A DNA stretch of 64,000 bases from assembly GCA_010093815.1 (NCBI GenBank), contig ML996570.1; one strand, written 5' to 3'. A program made the position numbers and the translations under genes. Source of the DNA: Pseudovirgaria hyperparasitica. Its lineage: Eukaryota. Positions 1 to 12,420 of the stretch are shown one piece after another (the first letter of the stretch is position 1; every line of letters begins with the position of its first letter). The notes beneath the pieces are model-generated. The model was not told the DNA's origin. It ran no database searches and saw only the letters and a list, made by a program, of their open reading frames with translations.

Positions 1-782
1 TTTCGAGAACTAATGCTCTGAAGTTTCTTGAATGGAGTGAAGATTCCGGATGAGCGATCTCGTCCTGCAGACCTCGCGCCATCAAGCTGATACCGTTGTG
101 TCGCCGAGTATGGTCTACTTTGGACTGGGATCACACTGTGAGATGGAAATGGTGGTAAGGCTGTCAGCTTCTGCGGAGTATCGTTGGCCAGGGTCGGATC
201 GATGAGGGTCATGGAGCATGTGTCTTCATTGTTGTCCGTGGTCTGACGACTGCTGGCATAAAACATTGATCGTGCTTTCCGCAGGCCTGTCCGTACAGGT
301 TCTGAAGCGATGCTCCGAGTCGGCGTCGCTAGCGATGTCAGACTCATCTTGCCTCGCAAGTTTGGCCCACTGGCTGATGGTACGTGGCTCATTATCTGTG
401 GCGGAAGCCCTCCGGACATTAGGTTGCCGTTGCTTGTTGAACTTTGAACAGTATTACGTCGAGCAAGATGGGCTCTTGGATGTTCTTCAAGAGAGTACCG
501 AAGTGTTGATCCCCGTTTAGCAAGATGACTCCCTTCTGATCTTCGGCTTATGTTGCTCATCGTACGTGGCAGAGCAGTGCTTGCGGTTGTAGTCGTCAGC
601 CTAGTTGGTGTGACGCCTGCGTGGGCTCGTTCGTACGCAGTGGTAGCGGCGAGAAGAGCTTGCTGCTGTGCTACCCAGGGGTTGACATGATCTGGAATAT
701 TAGAACGCTGGTTGGGGTTTACCGTCGATACCGACTTCGACCTGCGAAGACGATTGGCGTTCTCGGGAAAGCTCGCAAGCAT
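1..782 (-). CDS. Hypothetical Ser/Arg-rich protein, 5' part only (runs off the window edge)
   Basis: Missing from the ORF track because there is no stop in the window. Manual translation from ATG at 782 is open for 260 codons: MLASFPENANRLRRSKSVST...HVNPWVAQQQALLAATTAYERA...LRKARSMFY. Divergent from the next gene. Confidence 0.75.
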   Translation of the reverse strand, partial: MLASFPENANRLRRSKSVSTVNPNQRSNIPDHVNPWVAQQQALLAATTAYERAHAGVTPTRLTTTTASTALPRTMSNISRRSEGSHLAKRGSTLRYSLEEHPRAHLARRNTVQSSTSNGNLMSGGLPPQIMSHVPSASGPNLRGKMSLTSLATPTRSIASEPVRTGLRKARSMFYASSRQTTDNNEDTCSMTLIDPTLANDTPQKLTALPPFPSHSVIPVQSRPYSATQRYQLDGARSAGRDRSSGIFTPFKKLQSISSR

Positions 783-1395
783 CTCCTCTGATGGTAAAAA
801 GCGTTGAGTACGAAAGGACTTGATCTAATTGATACAGTATCCAATTGAGACAGAAACTATGCGGTGAGCATGAGGAACAAACGTAACCCTGATGGGTAAA
901 GTGACAAGAAAAAGTCTGTTGAAGAGAGAAGGAAAAACGGCTGCTGTTGACGAGAGACATAAGCAGATACATGGCGTCCAAAGTAGTAACTACCTAAAGA
1001 AGATACACTGAGTTACTCTACTCCTTCTCAATGCGTCCTGGTCTGAAACGCAAGTCCTCTGACTAGACTTGTAGCTTCGTAGTGGAGATCATCAAGTGAA
1101 TTCGACTTCAGATGTAATGGATCTCGGAAAGGGTCGCAGATCACTCATCGCTGTGAGCGATCTCGATTCACTTCCGCTCTGCTACCACTCAACTTGATGA
1201 CATACGCTAGCCAATTGTTGAAACTTCCGTGCAATTCACTAGGACAAGCGGTGTATAATCGAGTGACGATGGAACATTTGCGAGCTCGAATACAAAAACT
1301 CCCAACATCCGGATCTTGTTCCATCTGGGCAATTCAGCCATCGCAATCTTTACACTAGAAGCTCAACCGCAATACCGTGTTGTGATATTTTGGTG

Positions 1396-2193
1396 ATGAA
1401 TCCAACGGCGAGCCAAACAGCAGGTTTTCCTGCGAACAATGCCATTGGGGCTACTTCTAGCAGAGCACGCAATGGAGTCGATGCACTTGAGAGACCGGAA
1501 TCCTCGCCAATCGCAGCCGCAGAAAAGGCCGAGGATAAATTCGTCCTTCAGGCGAAGTCTGACGAGACGGTCAAATCCAGAGCAGGGTTCTCGCATTCGG
1601 GAGCGGCGCTTCCTCCTATGATACCTGTTGAGTTAGCCACCGACGACACAAAGGTAGTCGTCGAACTTTCATCAGACGAAGATGCAAATGTACACTCCAG
1701 CCCAAGTAAGAAGCGACGTACAGCTTCTGGAGATGTGCGATATCACGAGCAGCGCATCAGCACAAGACGCCAAGGACTTGCTACCTCAACCAACAAGTCC
1801 CGAGGACGTGGGCGTCGTTCTGATGCCTCATCCACCACAGACGCTAGCATGAGCACTCGCGATTCGCTTCCTCTAGAGCCAACAACACCTCAGAAACGAC
1901 GTCGTCGTGCAGCCGTATCAAGAACCACCAGCAGCTTCGATGATGAGGATGAGGAATATGATCCGTTGTCTGAACCTAAAACACCACCAAGTATGGGCTT
2001 ACGCGAGAGACGCACACCCACTCCGCGAAGTGCTAAGGCCACGGCACAAGCGAGGATGGCTTATCTCGCCAAACTGAGTCCAATGAGATACACAGCAACG
2101 TTGCTTGCTGGCCTGAATGGATTCACTGATTGTACGGAGGAGGAGGTCGACCGTATCACAGAAGCTTTGGACGAAGTGGGATACGAGATCTAA
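1396..2193 (+). CDS. Hypothetical low-complexity, probably disordered protein with basic NLS-like patches
   Basis: 265-codon ORF from the first true ATG (1396); SPSKKRR and PQKRRRR motifs; short helical-looking C-terminus; no recognisable domain. Confidence 0.6.
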   Translation: MNPTASQTAGFPANNAIGATSSRARNGVDALERPESSPIAAAEKAEDKFVLQAKSDETVKSRAGFSHSGAALPPMIPVELATDDTKVVVELSSDEDANVHSSPSKKRRTASGDVRYHEQRISTRRQGLATSTNKSRGRGRRSDASSTTDASMSTRDSLPLEPTTPQKRRRRAAVSRTTSSFDDEDEEYDPLSEPKTPPSMGLRERRTPTPRSAKATAQARMAYLAKLSPMRYTATLLAGLNGFTDCTEEEVDRITEALDEVGYEI

Positions 2194-5100
2194 GCAGCGC
2201 AGGCAGAGATGGGTATCGGAAGGCAACTCGAGAAGATATATTACGGTGTTGATACACAGTTGGCTCATATGATGAGGAAAGTGTACGGCGATTTTAGGTC
2301 AGAATCTTTGCTTACGGCGATATGGAGTGGGAGATGTGGTATTTGCACGTTGATCTGTACCCAGTGTTGCCTGGAAGATGTATGAGCATCATCGTGTCGA
2401 CTACAGAGCGTATGTAGCTGATCATGCTCAAACATGTAGGGCTTAAGTGGACTATTATTAGCTGGTGTGTGCACGATGCAGTACCTATGAGACGTGGTGT
2501 ATGGTGAAAGGATTATCAAATGCACACCATTAAGCATCATTGCTGGAAGAGATATATCATACCTGTGACAAGGATTAGGTATCTGGTTTCCTCCGGTGAG
2601 ATATAGTCAACCAGCCTTGTATTGTACTATGTTCATCCAGATGGATCCATGTGCTACAGACTTTGCCGTCCTGTCTGCGTTCCTTCAGCTTCTCCTGTGG
2701 CAGTTTCCACTCATCCTTCCATGAATTTGAACTCTTGTGACTTCTATCTTGGCCAGTCTCAGACTGCCTCAGAGTGCATGATACAAGTTGCATATAATAG
2801 TATCTAGACAATGTGTTTCGCCTAGGACGTGGGCACGTTCGGCGCTGGATTGAATTGACGCGTTTCCTCATGGATCTTAGTTAGCGCCCGCTCCGCGCCC
2901 GCGGTACGTTGCAATCCGCAAACCCTCCTCACCAACAGCCCGCTTAAGTTCCTTTCCTGTCATCTGCTATGGACCGGCTAGTCTCAGAAGTGAGTGGATA
3001 TGGGATACACTGTGATGCTGCGATCGCCAAATGATAAGGATAGGACTCATTGCCGCCGCCATATTTCGCTCAAACTCTAGCGCATTTCACCGCCAACCTC
3101 GGCGGCAATATAAATCCACTCGCAATCCCCTTTCATCCATTCGATATGGCCTCGTGTCAAGCAAAACGAAACACCTGGAAAAGTGGGCGGCAATGCTTGA
3201 TGCCAGAATGCGAAGGTGAGTAGTTATACCCACCGGTTGTGGACTGCGACTGATCGTTAATAAAAGAGAAAACACGCCCACGACTATCTCCTTATAGTAC
3301 CACACGCCTTCGCCGTCAGACTCACACTATATAAGAATAGCGAACCAAAGCACACGCCTCCCTCCCCAATTAGCAAAAGTCCTGGCAAAGAGGCATGTCA
3401 TTGCTATTATCTTGCCGTGCAATAAAGCTAACTTGAGTCAAGCTCCTGCATAACAAAGGTTGGAAACGAGAACGATCGCATTCAAAAAGCCAAAGAAAAG
3501 GGTACGGCCTAAGGAGCTACAACAATCTCAAGCCACTGGCTGAAGATGGGAACATTTTCAAGGCGACTTACTGATCTGGAAAGGAGGGATCCACGTAGAT
3601 GAGGACTCTGTTTACCGTGGAGTTCCTCCTTCCCTTCACCTACCACGGTCTCCTGTCTGATGCAGTTTCCGTACCCCTAACCCCCCGCAGGAGATTTTTA
3701 AGGAGCTAATATATCCCAAATCAATTGCCTTATTCCTCCCATGCCACCGACAGGAAGTGCTCACTACTAGGGAGATGCGGGAGGGTACGAGGGATACCCA
3801 CTCTTGCTTAGTGAGGAAGCTACTGGGTATCTATTACTAGGACGTTGACGGAGGCGGACGTTCGACCTTCTGTATCTCTAGCAACGAGAAGCGCCAGAAA
3901 GCGCCATTGTTCTCAGTATCGAGAGCAGCAGCACGACGGAACGGAAGATGTTATCTTTGTTCCAGTGCTTTGAAGCCCTGAAGAGCTTATGCCCAATCTG
4001 CAACTTGTTTGTTGCTTCCAGTCGCCAATAATACCCTCTGGAATTTGATGGACAACGGCTTAGATGACTACCAGCCCGTGATAACGTGTACGATGTTCTA
4101 ACGCGTGCATCGTACCGATTCAGTCTTGCTTGGGAATGTTGTAGGCTCAACTCTCAGTCTCTCTCTTTCTCCCCAAGAATACTAACCTATTCTGGTATGT
4201 GTGCGTGTCACTGTGTATCTCACAGTAGCGTAAGCTGTACCACGGGGCACAATTGCAAAGACATGGTCGGTAAGCTAGTAACAAGATATATAATCTAACA
4301 TTGTTCATGGCTACTGAACTGCCTCGGCGTGAGCAATGCGAGCAATGTGGAAATGTAGAAAATGAAAGTAGCTCTCTTTCAGCCAGGCCAGACCAGGCCA
4401 GGCCGACGGTTAGTAGCGGGCCGTTTGCACGGAGAGCCCGGAGAGGACGAACTACCTAGGTAGGGTATTACTAGTACAGTAGGAGTATTATTAGTAAATA
4501 AAGAGATGCAAGGGAGTCAACAAGTGCGTGTCAAGCTAAAGATTCAATTCCTTCGAAAGCGGGCCGCTAATTACCCCGCTATCAGTAAGACAGCGACGAC
4601 GAGACGCGCTCAGTCGCATTGATTGGCTGCTTGTGTCGTGTCAAAACATGCTGGAATGATAACCGACGGCTTTCTTCCCTGTTTCCTCTTCCCTGCATCT
4701 TTGGGCTTGGGGGCCTTGGGAGTTCTCAGGTGCAGACTTACCCTTGTTCTAGTGGCTTTCTGGAATTCTGGGCCTGTCACGCTCTCGACTTTGGTCGCAT
4801 GTGTGTTCACTTGACCAAGAAGACGTGATGATAGCGAGAGGAGGGAAGAAAGAGAAGAATGGAAAGACGCGATACGCAAAGACCCAGTCGGTACCAGCTA
4901 TATCATGCCTATGTACGACCTGTGTGAAAGGCTGCTATGTGTGTGTGTGTGTCAAATCATTGCTGATATCTATCCATCGCCTAGTCGTCGTTCAGGCTCA
5001 CCGTCACGACGGCCGAGTCTAGCTAGGTAGGCCCCCCTCCCACTTGGACCTTTGTTTGGCCGGTAGAGCGCATTTGTACACATATACAGCATGTAATTAT

Positions 5101-5940
5101 TAGTGGGTAGCCATGGGTATGGTCATTCATGGGCTGTGCACGCCATATTGCTCGAGTCTTATCGCGGAATTCTTCTTGTTGCTTGTGCATCGCCGCATGT
5201 TCCGCCTCTGTGGAGGTCTGCCATGCCCTGCTACGCCCGCCAAGAAGCTGCTAGTTCTCGCCTCCCAGGGCTTTTCCGCCGCCACAATGGAAGATATGAA
5301 CTTTGGACGGCTCTCATTGCTGCCTTTGCGCGGGCCAAGCTCAAGGCTTTGCTCAAGGTTGCACCCATGAGTTGTGGTTGTACTTGTAGTTGCTATCGCT
5401 GGCCGGTCTGTGCCAATATGTAGCCGTGTGCCCCATGCCCTCTTGGGGAGGTCAGAGCAATCAGATTGAGACTGCGCTATAAAGCTCTCACCGGCCCTCA
5501 TCCGCCCGTGTCCACGTCGAATCTTTCGTATTCCAGTCGTCGTTTCGACACCTGGTCTCGTCTCCTCTCGTCTGGTCATCCCACTTCATCGTGCCAGTTG
5601 CGCTACTATATTGATATAGTGTGGTAGACGCCGGCGAGCTGTCTCGACCTTGATATCCCTTCCCTCCCTCCGTCTCTCCGCACCTCCGCTGTTAGCGACG
5701 AGCTACCCATCCACTACCCCACCGCCCACGCACGCCTCGCCTGACTGCGCTTGACGTTCCGGGCTGTGAATAGTCTCTCTCTCTCCACCACGCACCGCGC
5801 TAGTATCTGCTTGTCCACAGCAGCTGCTCATAACTCACACCTTTTCACACAGGCCCTCAGCTGTGTCTCTCATTTAAGCCTTGCAGCTCGCTGCTTGTAC
5901 AGGAATAACCTTACATCTTTCTGCCACTTGATTCCACACC

Positions 5941-7851
5941 ATGGCCATCTGGAACAGGAAGAACCACAGTGATACGGCCTCCGACGAGAGTCCGCAGCGC
6001 GCTCAGGAATTCGGAAAGTCTGAACAAGACTATCCTCAAAATGAGACCATCGTGCTGGCTGATGGCCAGCAAGAAATCTCAAATAAGGAGGGCACAAAGC
6101 TTCACCGTGGCCTCAAGGCCAGGCATATCACTATGATTGCCATTGGTGGTGCTATCGGCACTGGCTTGATTATCGGTACTGGTGCTGCTCTCGCGAAAGC
6201 TGGGTGAGTCTATCTGATGCGACACAGTTTTGTGTGTAAATACGGAATGAGCTGACCATATCTACAGACCTGGCTCAATCCTCATCTCCTACTCCATGGT
6301 CGGTCTTCTCGTCTTCATTGTCATGGCTGGTCTCGGTGAGATGGCTGCGTGGCTTCCTCTCGGTTCTGGTTTCTCTGGCTACGCTACTCGTTTCGTCGAT
6401 CCGGCTCTTGGTTTCGCTCTTGGCTACGTGAGTTTCCAATTCTCACTCCAGGCAGAATGTGAGCTAATCATTGTGCGCAGACCTATTGGTTCAAATATAT
6501 CATCGTCACGCCCAACCAGCTGACCGCTGCTGCTCTGGTAATCCAATTCTGGTGTCCACCTGAAAGAGTAAATCCTGGTGTCTTCATCACTGTCTTCTTG
6601 GTGGCAATCTTATGCATCAATTACTTCGGCATCAAGTTCTTCGGTGAATTTGAGTTCTGGCTAAGCAGTATCAAAGTCGTCGTCATTGTTGGTCTGATTC
6701 TGCTCTCCTTCATCCTCATGCTTGGCGGTGGCCCAGACAAAGATCGCAAAGGTTTCCGTTATTGGCGCAACCCTGGTGCTTTCAAGGAGCTCACGATCGG
6801 CGCCAACCACATCACGGGAGATACTGGTCGCTTCCTTGCCTTCTGGGCTTCAATGGTCACGGCTGTCTTCGCCTATCTCGGAACTGAACTAGTCGGTGTG
6901 ACTGTCGGCGAAGCCCAGAACCCTCGCAAGACCGTGCCACGCGCCATTAAACTGACCTTCTATCGTATTCTCTTCTTCTACGTTCTTTCTGTTCTTCTCT
7001 TGGGCATGAACGTGCCCTACAACTCCCCCGAACTGATCTTCGCCAACAAGGGTACCAATGGAGGCGCCAACAAGTCCAGTGCCTCTGCCTCGCCCTTCGT
7101 TGTCGCCATTCGTCTCGCAGAGATCCCACATCTACCTGGCATCCTCAACGCCTGCATTCTCATCTTCGTTTTCTCCGCTGCCAACTCGGATCTCTACATT
7201 GCGTCACGTACGATTTACGGTTTGGCTTCGCAAGGCAAGGCTCCTCGAATCCTGGCCAAGACAGACAAGCGTGGTGTGCCCATCTACGCGCTTGGCTTGT
7301 CCTCGCTCTTCTGTCTGCTTGCATACTTGAACGTCGCTGATGATGCTCGCGTTGTCTTTGGCTACTTTGTCAATCTCGTCACCATCTTCGGCCTGTTGAC
7401 ATGGATCAGCATACTCGTCACACACATCTTCTTCGTGCGCGCCCGAAAAGCTCAAGGTATTCCTGACAGTGCTATGCCTTACACATCTCCCGGTGGCATC
7501 TGGGGCACATACATTGCGCTCTTCTTCTGCTGCCTGATCGCAGTGACGAAGAATTTTGACGTTTTCATTCGCAACCCCAAGACCGCAACCAACGCTACCG
7601 GCTACGGTAACTTCGACTACAAGAACTTCATCACTGGATACCTAGGCATTCCGCTGTACCTGATCATGATTTTCGGATACAAGCTCTACTACAAGACGAA
7701 GGGCATTGCGCCACTCGAGGCAGACTTCTACTCAGGCAAGGCTGAGATCGATCGCGAGGAGGAGGAGTTTCTGGCCAGGAAGGCTGCTATGGGTGAGAAG
7801 ATCAAGGGAGGCAACTGGTTCTACAGGACATTTGTTTCGTGGTTGTTCTAG
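5941..7851 (+). CDS. DIP5: APC/YAT-family amino-acid permease, Dip5-like (dicarboxylic amino acids); 3 exons, ~597 aa
   Basis: LHRGLKARHITMIAIGGAIGTGLIIGTG, GEFEFWLSSIK, AYLGTELVGVTVGEAQNPRK motifs. GT-AG introns 6204-6267 and 6428-6480 with CTGAC/CTAAT branch sites join the three ORF pieces in frame. Confidence 0.9.
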
Positions 7852-8280
7852 ATGTGGTGGGATTTTTTATTGGAAAGGTTACATATGGGAAATGTATGTG
7901 TGGTGATGATACCAATTACGTAGGACGATTATTACGACAGGAAAAGTTGATGCGTATTCCTGAATGGACGCTAGAAGCGTGCACGTGTTTCAAAGTACAA
8001 AAGACGTCGTGGACAAGCCTGGTCTGATTGATGCTGACTGTGACGTGATGTGAAGCTTTTCTAGGTACCTAGTAGGCGGGGAACACTCCGTAAGACCTTC
8101 CCCGAATCCAACGGCGCCTGCTTCCGTGCATCAAACATCCATCAACCAACGGGAAGAGCAACTTGACGACGCGTCTCATTCCGCTTGATCCGATCGAGGA
8201 TCATGGCCTCGACGTTTCTGTTGAGGCATCCTGGCTTCTCAACTCCAATCTTTTCATATCTCTGAGATTCATCCGCTGAC

Positions 8281-10018
8281 ATGGACGGCGAATCTGACAA
8301 ACGCCAGACACCCTTGTCTCCCACTCCGGATTATCCCATGTCAATAAGAGTCCAAGAGAATCGAGCTCTTGGAGCCGGCCAAGGTATTCGACACAGCCCT
8401 GATTCAGACGACCTCCAACAGCGGCCTACATATGCACACAATTCTCACGTCTTCCATCATACACATACTCACGGCTTGACGAGACTTGCTCAAAAGCATC
8501 GCAAGGCCACGCTCGGCCCACTTCAGCAATGGGAGGAATGGGAGCAAGACGGCAGGGGACCCTATCATGAATACGTCCACAAATGCCTTGAAGCTGGATG
8601 GACCAATCTCCAGGTATATTAAGTACTGCCCCTGATCTAATCTTTACTGAAGTTGTAGGACCTTGACGACTACTTGTCGGTCGATTTCGAAGACTTGAAC
8701 CTGAAGATCTCTGTCATGGACATCAAGAACGACAACACAGCTCAGCACTACGAAGAAATGCATGACGACATAGAACTGGCAGAATTCATGCGTGAAGTGA
8801 AGCCATTTGGATGCAAGTCTCGTATATATGTCGTCGAGCAATCTGGCTACATATCAAGCAGTATCATGGAGTCTTTCGGTAGCGCTCTACAGCTCGATCC
8901 TCGCTTCTTCCAGTGGCATATCAGAGGCAGCAAGCACATGTTGTCTATTGCCACACGAAATCGGACGCCCTTCATCACACTGAATTTCAGAATCAGTGAT
9001 CCCTCGGGGGAGACGCCGACTGATACAAAGACATTCAAAGCTTCCATCTACGTATCACGTGCATCGCCCGATTTCTGGACAGGTCAGTTTTGTCTTACGA
9101 ACGTAAAACCGGCACAAGCTCATGCGTACTAGGCGTCGTGTTCATCAGCTCACATTCGAAGGTGATGTTGTCCAGCCACAGCTTCCTGACACCACCCACG
9201 TTCACACCGGACTTCAGCAACATTCCCACTCCACAGAAGCCGGGCCCCAAAACCTTTCGCGAACTCTACATCGAGATGCTCGCGAGCTCCAATCTTGCTG
9301 AAGCTGCCTTGTCACCTTTTGTCGCCTTCTCTCCGCTGTTCAAGCTCAACTGCTACACCTTCAACCAGCTGATGTACACCTTCCGCCAGGAGGATGCGAA
9401 AGTCGAGGGCGTTTCCGAACTCTATCCCGTCAACCTCACCGAGGAGATTCGCAGGTCCTTGGAAAGCGTCGAGCGCGGCGGCAGTCTAGGCTGGAAGGCG
9501 AGCTCGACCCCCTTTGAACAGGACACCAAAGAACGCCTCCGCGAGGACTTCAATTACGCATTGAAGTCGTCCGAGATGCTCTGGCAAGCCCGCGAGAAGT
9601 ACAACGACACGCACCACCGCCGCACAAACGCCCGCATTTCCGCGCTGGCCAACGCATTTGCCTTCTTGTACGCGTTTCTTTTGTTTCATTTGTCACAGCT
9701 ACACGTTGCTGACTCGTGCCGAATACTGACAGATTCTACAGCTTCGCCCCCATCTCGCTTATCTCCTCCATCTACGGCATGAATATCACTGAGATCTCGG
9801 GCGACGATAGCAATCCCCGGCTCTGGCAGTTTTTCGTCGCTGTCGCGGGCCTTTGTGTCGTTATTATGCTCATCATTGCCGTTAGTGCCTGGGTCCAGAT
9901 GGCGGTCCAGTTGCATCGCAGGGCGCGGTTCAAGGATATCTTGACGTTTGCTCTGGGTACCAGTATGGCGGCGACCGTACGGCCGAGGAAGGCGTCGACG
10001 GTCGTGTTGGAGTCTTGA
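8281..10018 (+). CDS. CorA-like (GMN-motif) divalent-cation transporter domain protein; 4 exons
   Basis: Introns 8614-8658, 9083-9132 and 9668-9741 join the ORF fragments in frame. C-terminal TM-'SIYGMN'-TM pair (FFAPISLISSIYGMNITEI...LWQFFVAV); upstream LDPRFFQWH motif. Confidence 0.75.
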
Positions 10019-10040
10019 GATGGACGTGCTGGTCTGGCTC

Positions 10041-10102
10041 GCTGGTCTGCTGGCTCGCTGGTCTGCTGGCTCGCTGGTCTGCTGGCTCGCTGGTCCGCTG
10101 GC
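10041..10102 (+). repeat. Minisatellite, 16-bp unit GCTGGTCTGCTGGCTC x ~4
   Basis: Direct tandem copies just downstream of the stop at 10018; no spacers. Confidence 0.85.
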
Positions 10103-10677
10103 AAGGTACGTATGGTATAGCATAATATACTATAGAAAGAAGAGGGAAGTAAACTGGAAAGCTCGTTCATGGGATGTTTGTTAGGGTTGGGTATATATCC
10201 TCAAGCATGGGCTTCCTTTTTTTGTGGTTTACGGTGGATACATTTAACGTCTTATGAAAATTTAAGAGAGCACACACCTAGGCATACTACTACTTACTAC
10301 TAGTATATACCGGCATCAGAGTTTTGGAGGTGGTGCTTAATGGAGATAGAAGATAGAAGATAGAAGATATTGAAGAAGTATATGTATGTGTATTATATGT
10401 ATGCATTGTCGTCTAGGATACGTGGTTGGATGTGGGCTATGGGATATGGAGTTATGATGTATCCAGGATTGTCGCTAGTACCTAGGTATGATGATTAACA
10501 AGTACGGTCAATAAGTTAATAGTGATATGTTGTCTTCCTGTGTATCGTCTATGTTATGCTGGGAGAGGTGAATGATGTGACTGAGTTCAATTGTGTTGAG
10601 TGAGAATGAAGCAGAAGCAGGGAGCCAAGGGGGTATCATGGATATGCATTACTACTACAACTGAACGGGAGACACTA

Positions 10678-12420
10678 CTACCAACAATCAAAATTCCCAA
10701 ACCCGCCCGCACTCTTCTTGACCTTCTTCCGCACAGGCTGCTGCTGTTGCAGTTCTCGATCATCCCCTTCGCCCCAACCACCCACAACAACGTCGTTCTT
10801 CCCCTTCTCCCTCCCCTTCTCCTCCTCAATCGCAGCCTTGAGATACTTCCCCACACCCGCCACAGCACCATCCGTATCCCCACCCACCACGCCATCCCGT
10901 CTAATCCTCTTCCCCGTCCACGTCGTCCGATCATCCTCCGTCCCGCCCTGCCTCCGCACCTCCTCGTCCGCCGCCTCCCTACTCTCCTTCTCCGCACGTG
11001 ACTTGAGAAACTCCTCAAACGGATCGACAAAGACGACGACCTGCTCGATGACGACATCGTCAACGGGTCTATCCTTGTCGTCTGTAGCAACGCTCTCGAT
11101 ACGGGAGAGGACGTCCAGCCCGCCGCCATCCGGGAGGACGCGGGCAAAGATGGTGTGTTTGCGATCGAGATGCGGGGTTTGGCGGTATGTGATGAAGAAC
11201 TGGCTTGTGTTTGTGTTTTTCCCTTTGTTTGCCATGGAGACGGTGCCTCGGGAGTCGTGCTTGAGCGGGCCGTCTGTTTCGTCGGCGAAGGGTTTGTTCC
11301 AGATGCTTGTGCCGCCGCGGCCGGTGCCGGTGGGGTCGCCGCCCTGGAGCATGAAGTTTCTGATGGAGCGGTGGAAGGTGGTGGAGTTGTAGTAGCCGCG
11401 TTTGGCGAGCTGGACGAAGTTCCAGACGGTTTTGGGGGCGAATTCGGGGTGGAGTTCGAGGGTGAGCGGGCCGTGTGAGGTGTGCAGGCGGGCGTAGCCC
11501 TTTGTTTTGATGCGTTTGGGCTTGAGCATGTATTCTTCGTCGGTGAGGATGGCGCGCTCGTTGGAGGTGTGTGGGGTGAGGCCGGTGCTGGTGAAGGAGG
11601 CGGCTGCTTTGCCGGTGGTGTGTTGGGCGGAGTTGTATGCTGGTTTTTTGATCTGGTTGAGGTGTGCGGGTGCTGCTGCTGTGCTGCCGGGTCTTGTCAT
11701 GGCCGTGGCTTGCGTCGCTGATGGCCCGGAATTGGCGGCCTTCTTCTCTCGTTCCGCTCTTGCCTTCGCGATGGCCTCTTTGGCCTTGACTATCTTCCCG
11801 GAGCTGCCGAGGGCGTCTGCGTTGACGCCGCTGCTCCGCTCCGCCTCTTGCGCGTCCGTCAGCGTCCTGACACCTTCTTGGACATATTTGAAGCTGCTCA
11901 AGTCCCTCGCGCCCAGATTCTGCGGGTCCTGCAGCGTGATCAGGTCCTTCCTCGTAAAGTCCTCCTCGCTAACCAAGTCCTTCCAGTTCTTTGCCTTTAT
12001 ATTCAACCGATCAATCGTATCCCACGTGAATACATTTCCAGTATTTCCGAGGGCCACAATATGGCTGTTATCCGTCAAGACGCGGTACGTGACAGGATCT
12101 ACAAACTCGCCGTCGTCGTTCTTCATGAAGTTCAGCTTGATCAGGTCGGCACTCTTCAAGGGCGTGCCGTTGATAGGGTTTGTGCCATGCTTCTTTAACC
12201 ATTCCAGTATGTTCTCCCAGTCGAATATCACTCCGTCGGATGTGCAGACCGGCTGTTTGAACGGCTGTAGGGAGACGGCGCAGAAATTGAATGGTAAGCG
12301 GCGGAAGTTTGCGCCTGGGATCTTGGCCTTTGAGGCACTTGAGCCTTTCGAGGCGCTGAACGCATCTTCAGAGGACCATTCTGAGTGGGTGATATATAGC
12401 TTGTCCGTACCTTTTCCCAT
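10678..12420 (-). CDS. cyp8: Peptidyl-prolyl cis-trans isomerase-like 2 (U-box/RING-like + cyclophilin; PPIL2/Cyp8 family), ~580 aa
   Basis: Family N-terminus MGKGTDKLYITHSEW (ATG at 12420); FRRLPFNFCAVSLQPF; cyclophilin core FHRSIRNFMLQGGDPTGTGRGG...SMANKGKNTNTSQFFITY...HLDRKHTIF. Intronless. Confidence 0.95.
   Translation of the reverse strand: MGKGTDKLYITHSEWSSEDAFSASKGSSASKAKIPGANFRRLPFNFCAVSLQPFKQPVCTSDGVIFDWENILEWLKKHGTNPINGTPLKSADLIKLNFMKNDDGEFVDPVTYRVLTDNSHIVALGNTGNVFTWDTIDRLNIKAKNWKDLVSEEDFTRKDLITLQDPQNLGARDLSSFKYVQEGVRTLTDAQEAERSSGVNADALGSSGKIVKAKEAIAKARAEREKKAANSGPSATQATAMTRPGSTAAAPAHLNQIKKPAYNSAQHTTGKAAASFTSTGLTPHTSNERAILTDEEYMLKPKRIKTKGYARLHTSHGPLTLELHPEFAPKTVWNFVQLAKRGYYNSTTFHRSIRNFMLQGGDPTGTGRGGTSIWNKPFADETDGPLKHDSRGTVSMANKGKNTNTSQFFITYRQTPHLDRKHTIFARVLPDGGGLDVLSRIESVATDDKDRPVDDVVIEQVVVFVDPFEEFLKSRAEKESREAADEEVRRQGGTEDDRTTWTGKRIRRDGVVGGDTDGAVAGVGKYLKAAIEEEKGREKGKNDVVVGGWGEGDDRELQQQQPVRKKVKKSAGGFGNFDCW

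Noticed and set aside
3595..3670. Hammerhead ribozyme (GATGAGGAC / CTGATG fragments)
   Set aside because: No complete CUGANGA...GAAA core with flanking stems on either strand.
2265..5579. Many 60-150 aa ORFs in the long interval upstream of the permease
   Set aside because: Overlapping on both strands, no codon bias or motifs; consistent with non-coding DNA.
10041..10102. Possible CRISPR-like array
   Set aside because: Head-to-tail minisatellite without spacers, in a eukaryotic genome.
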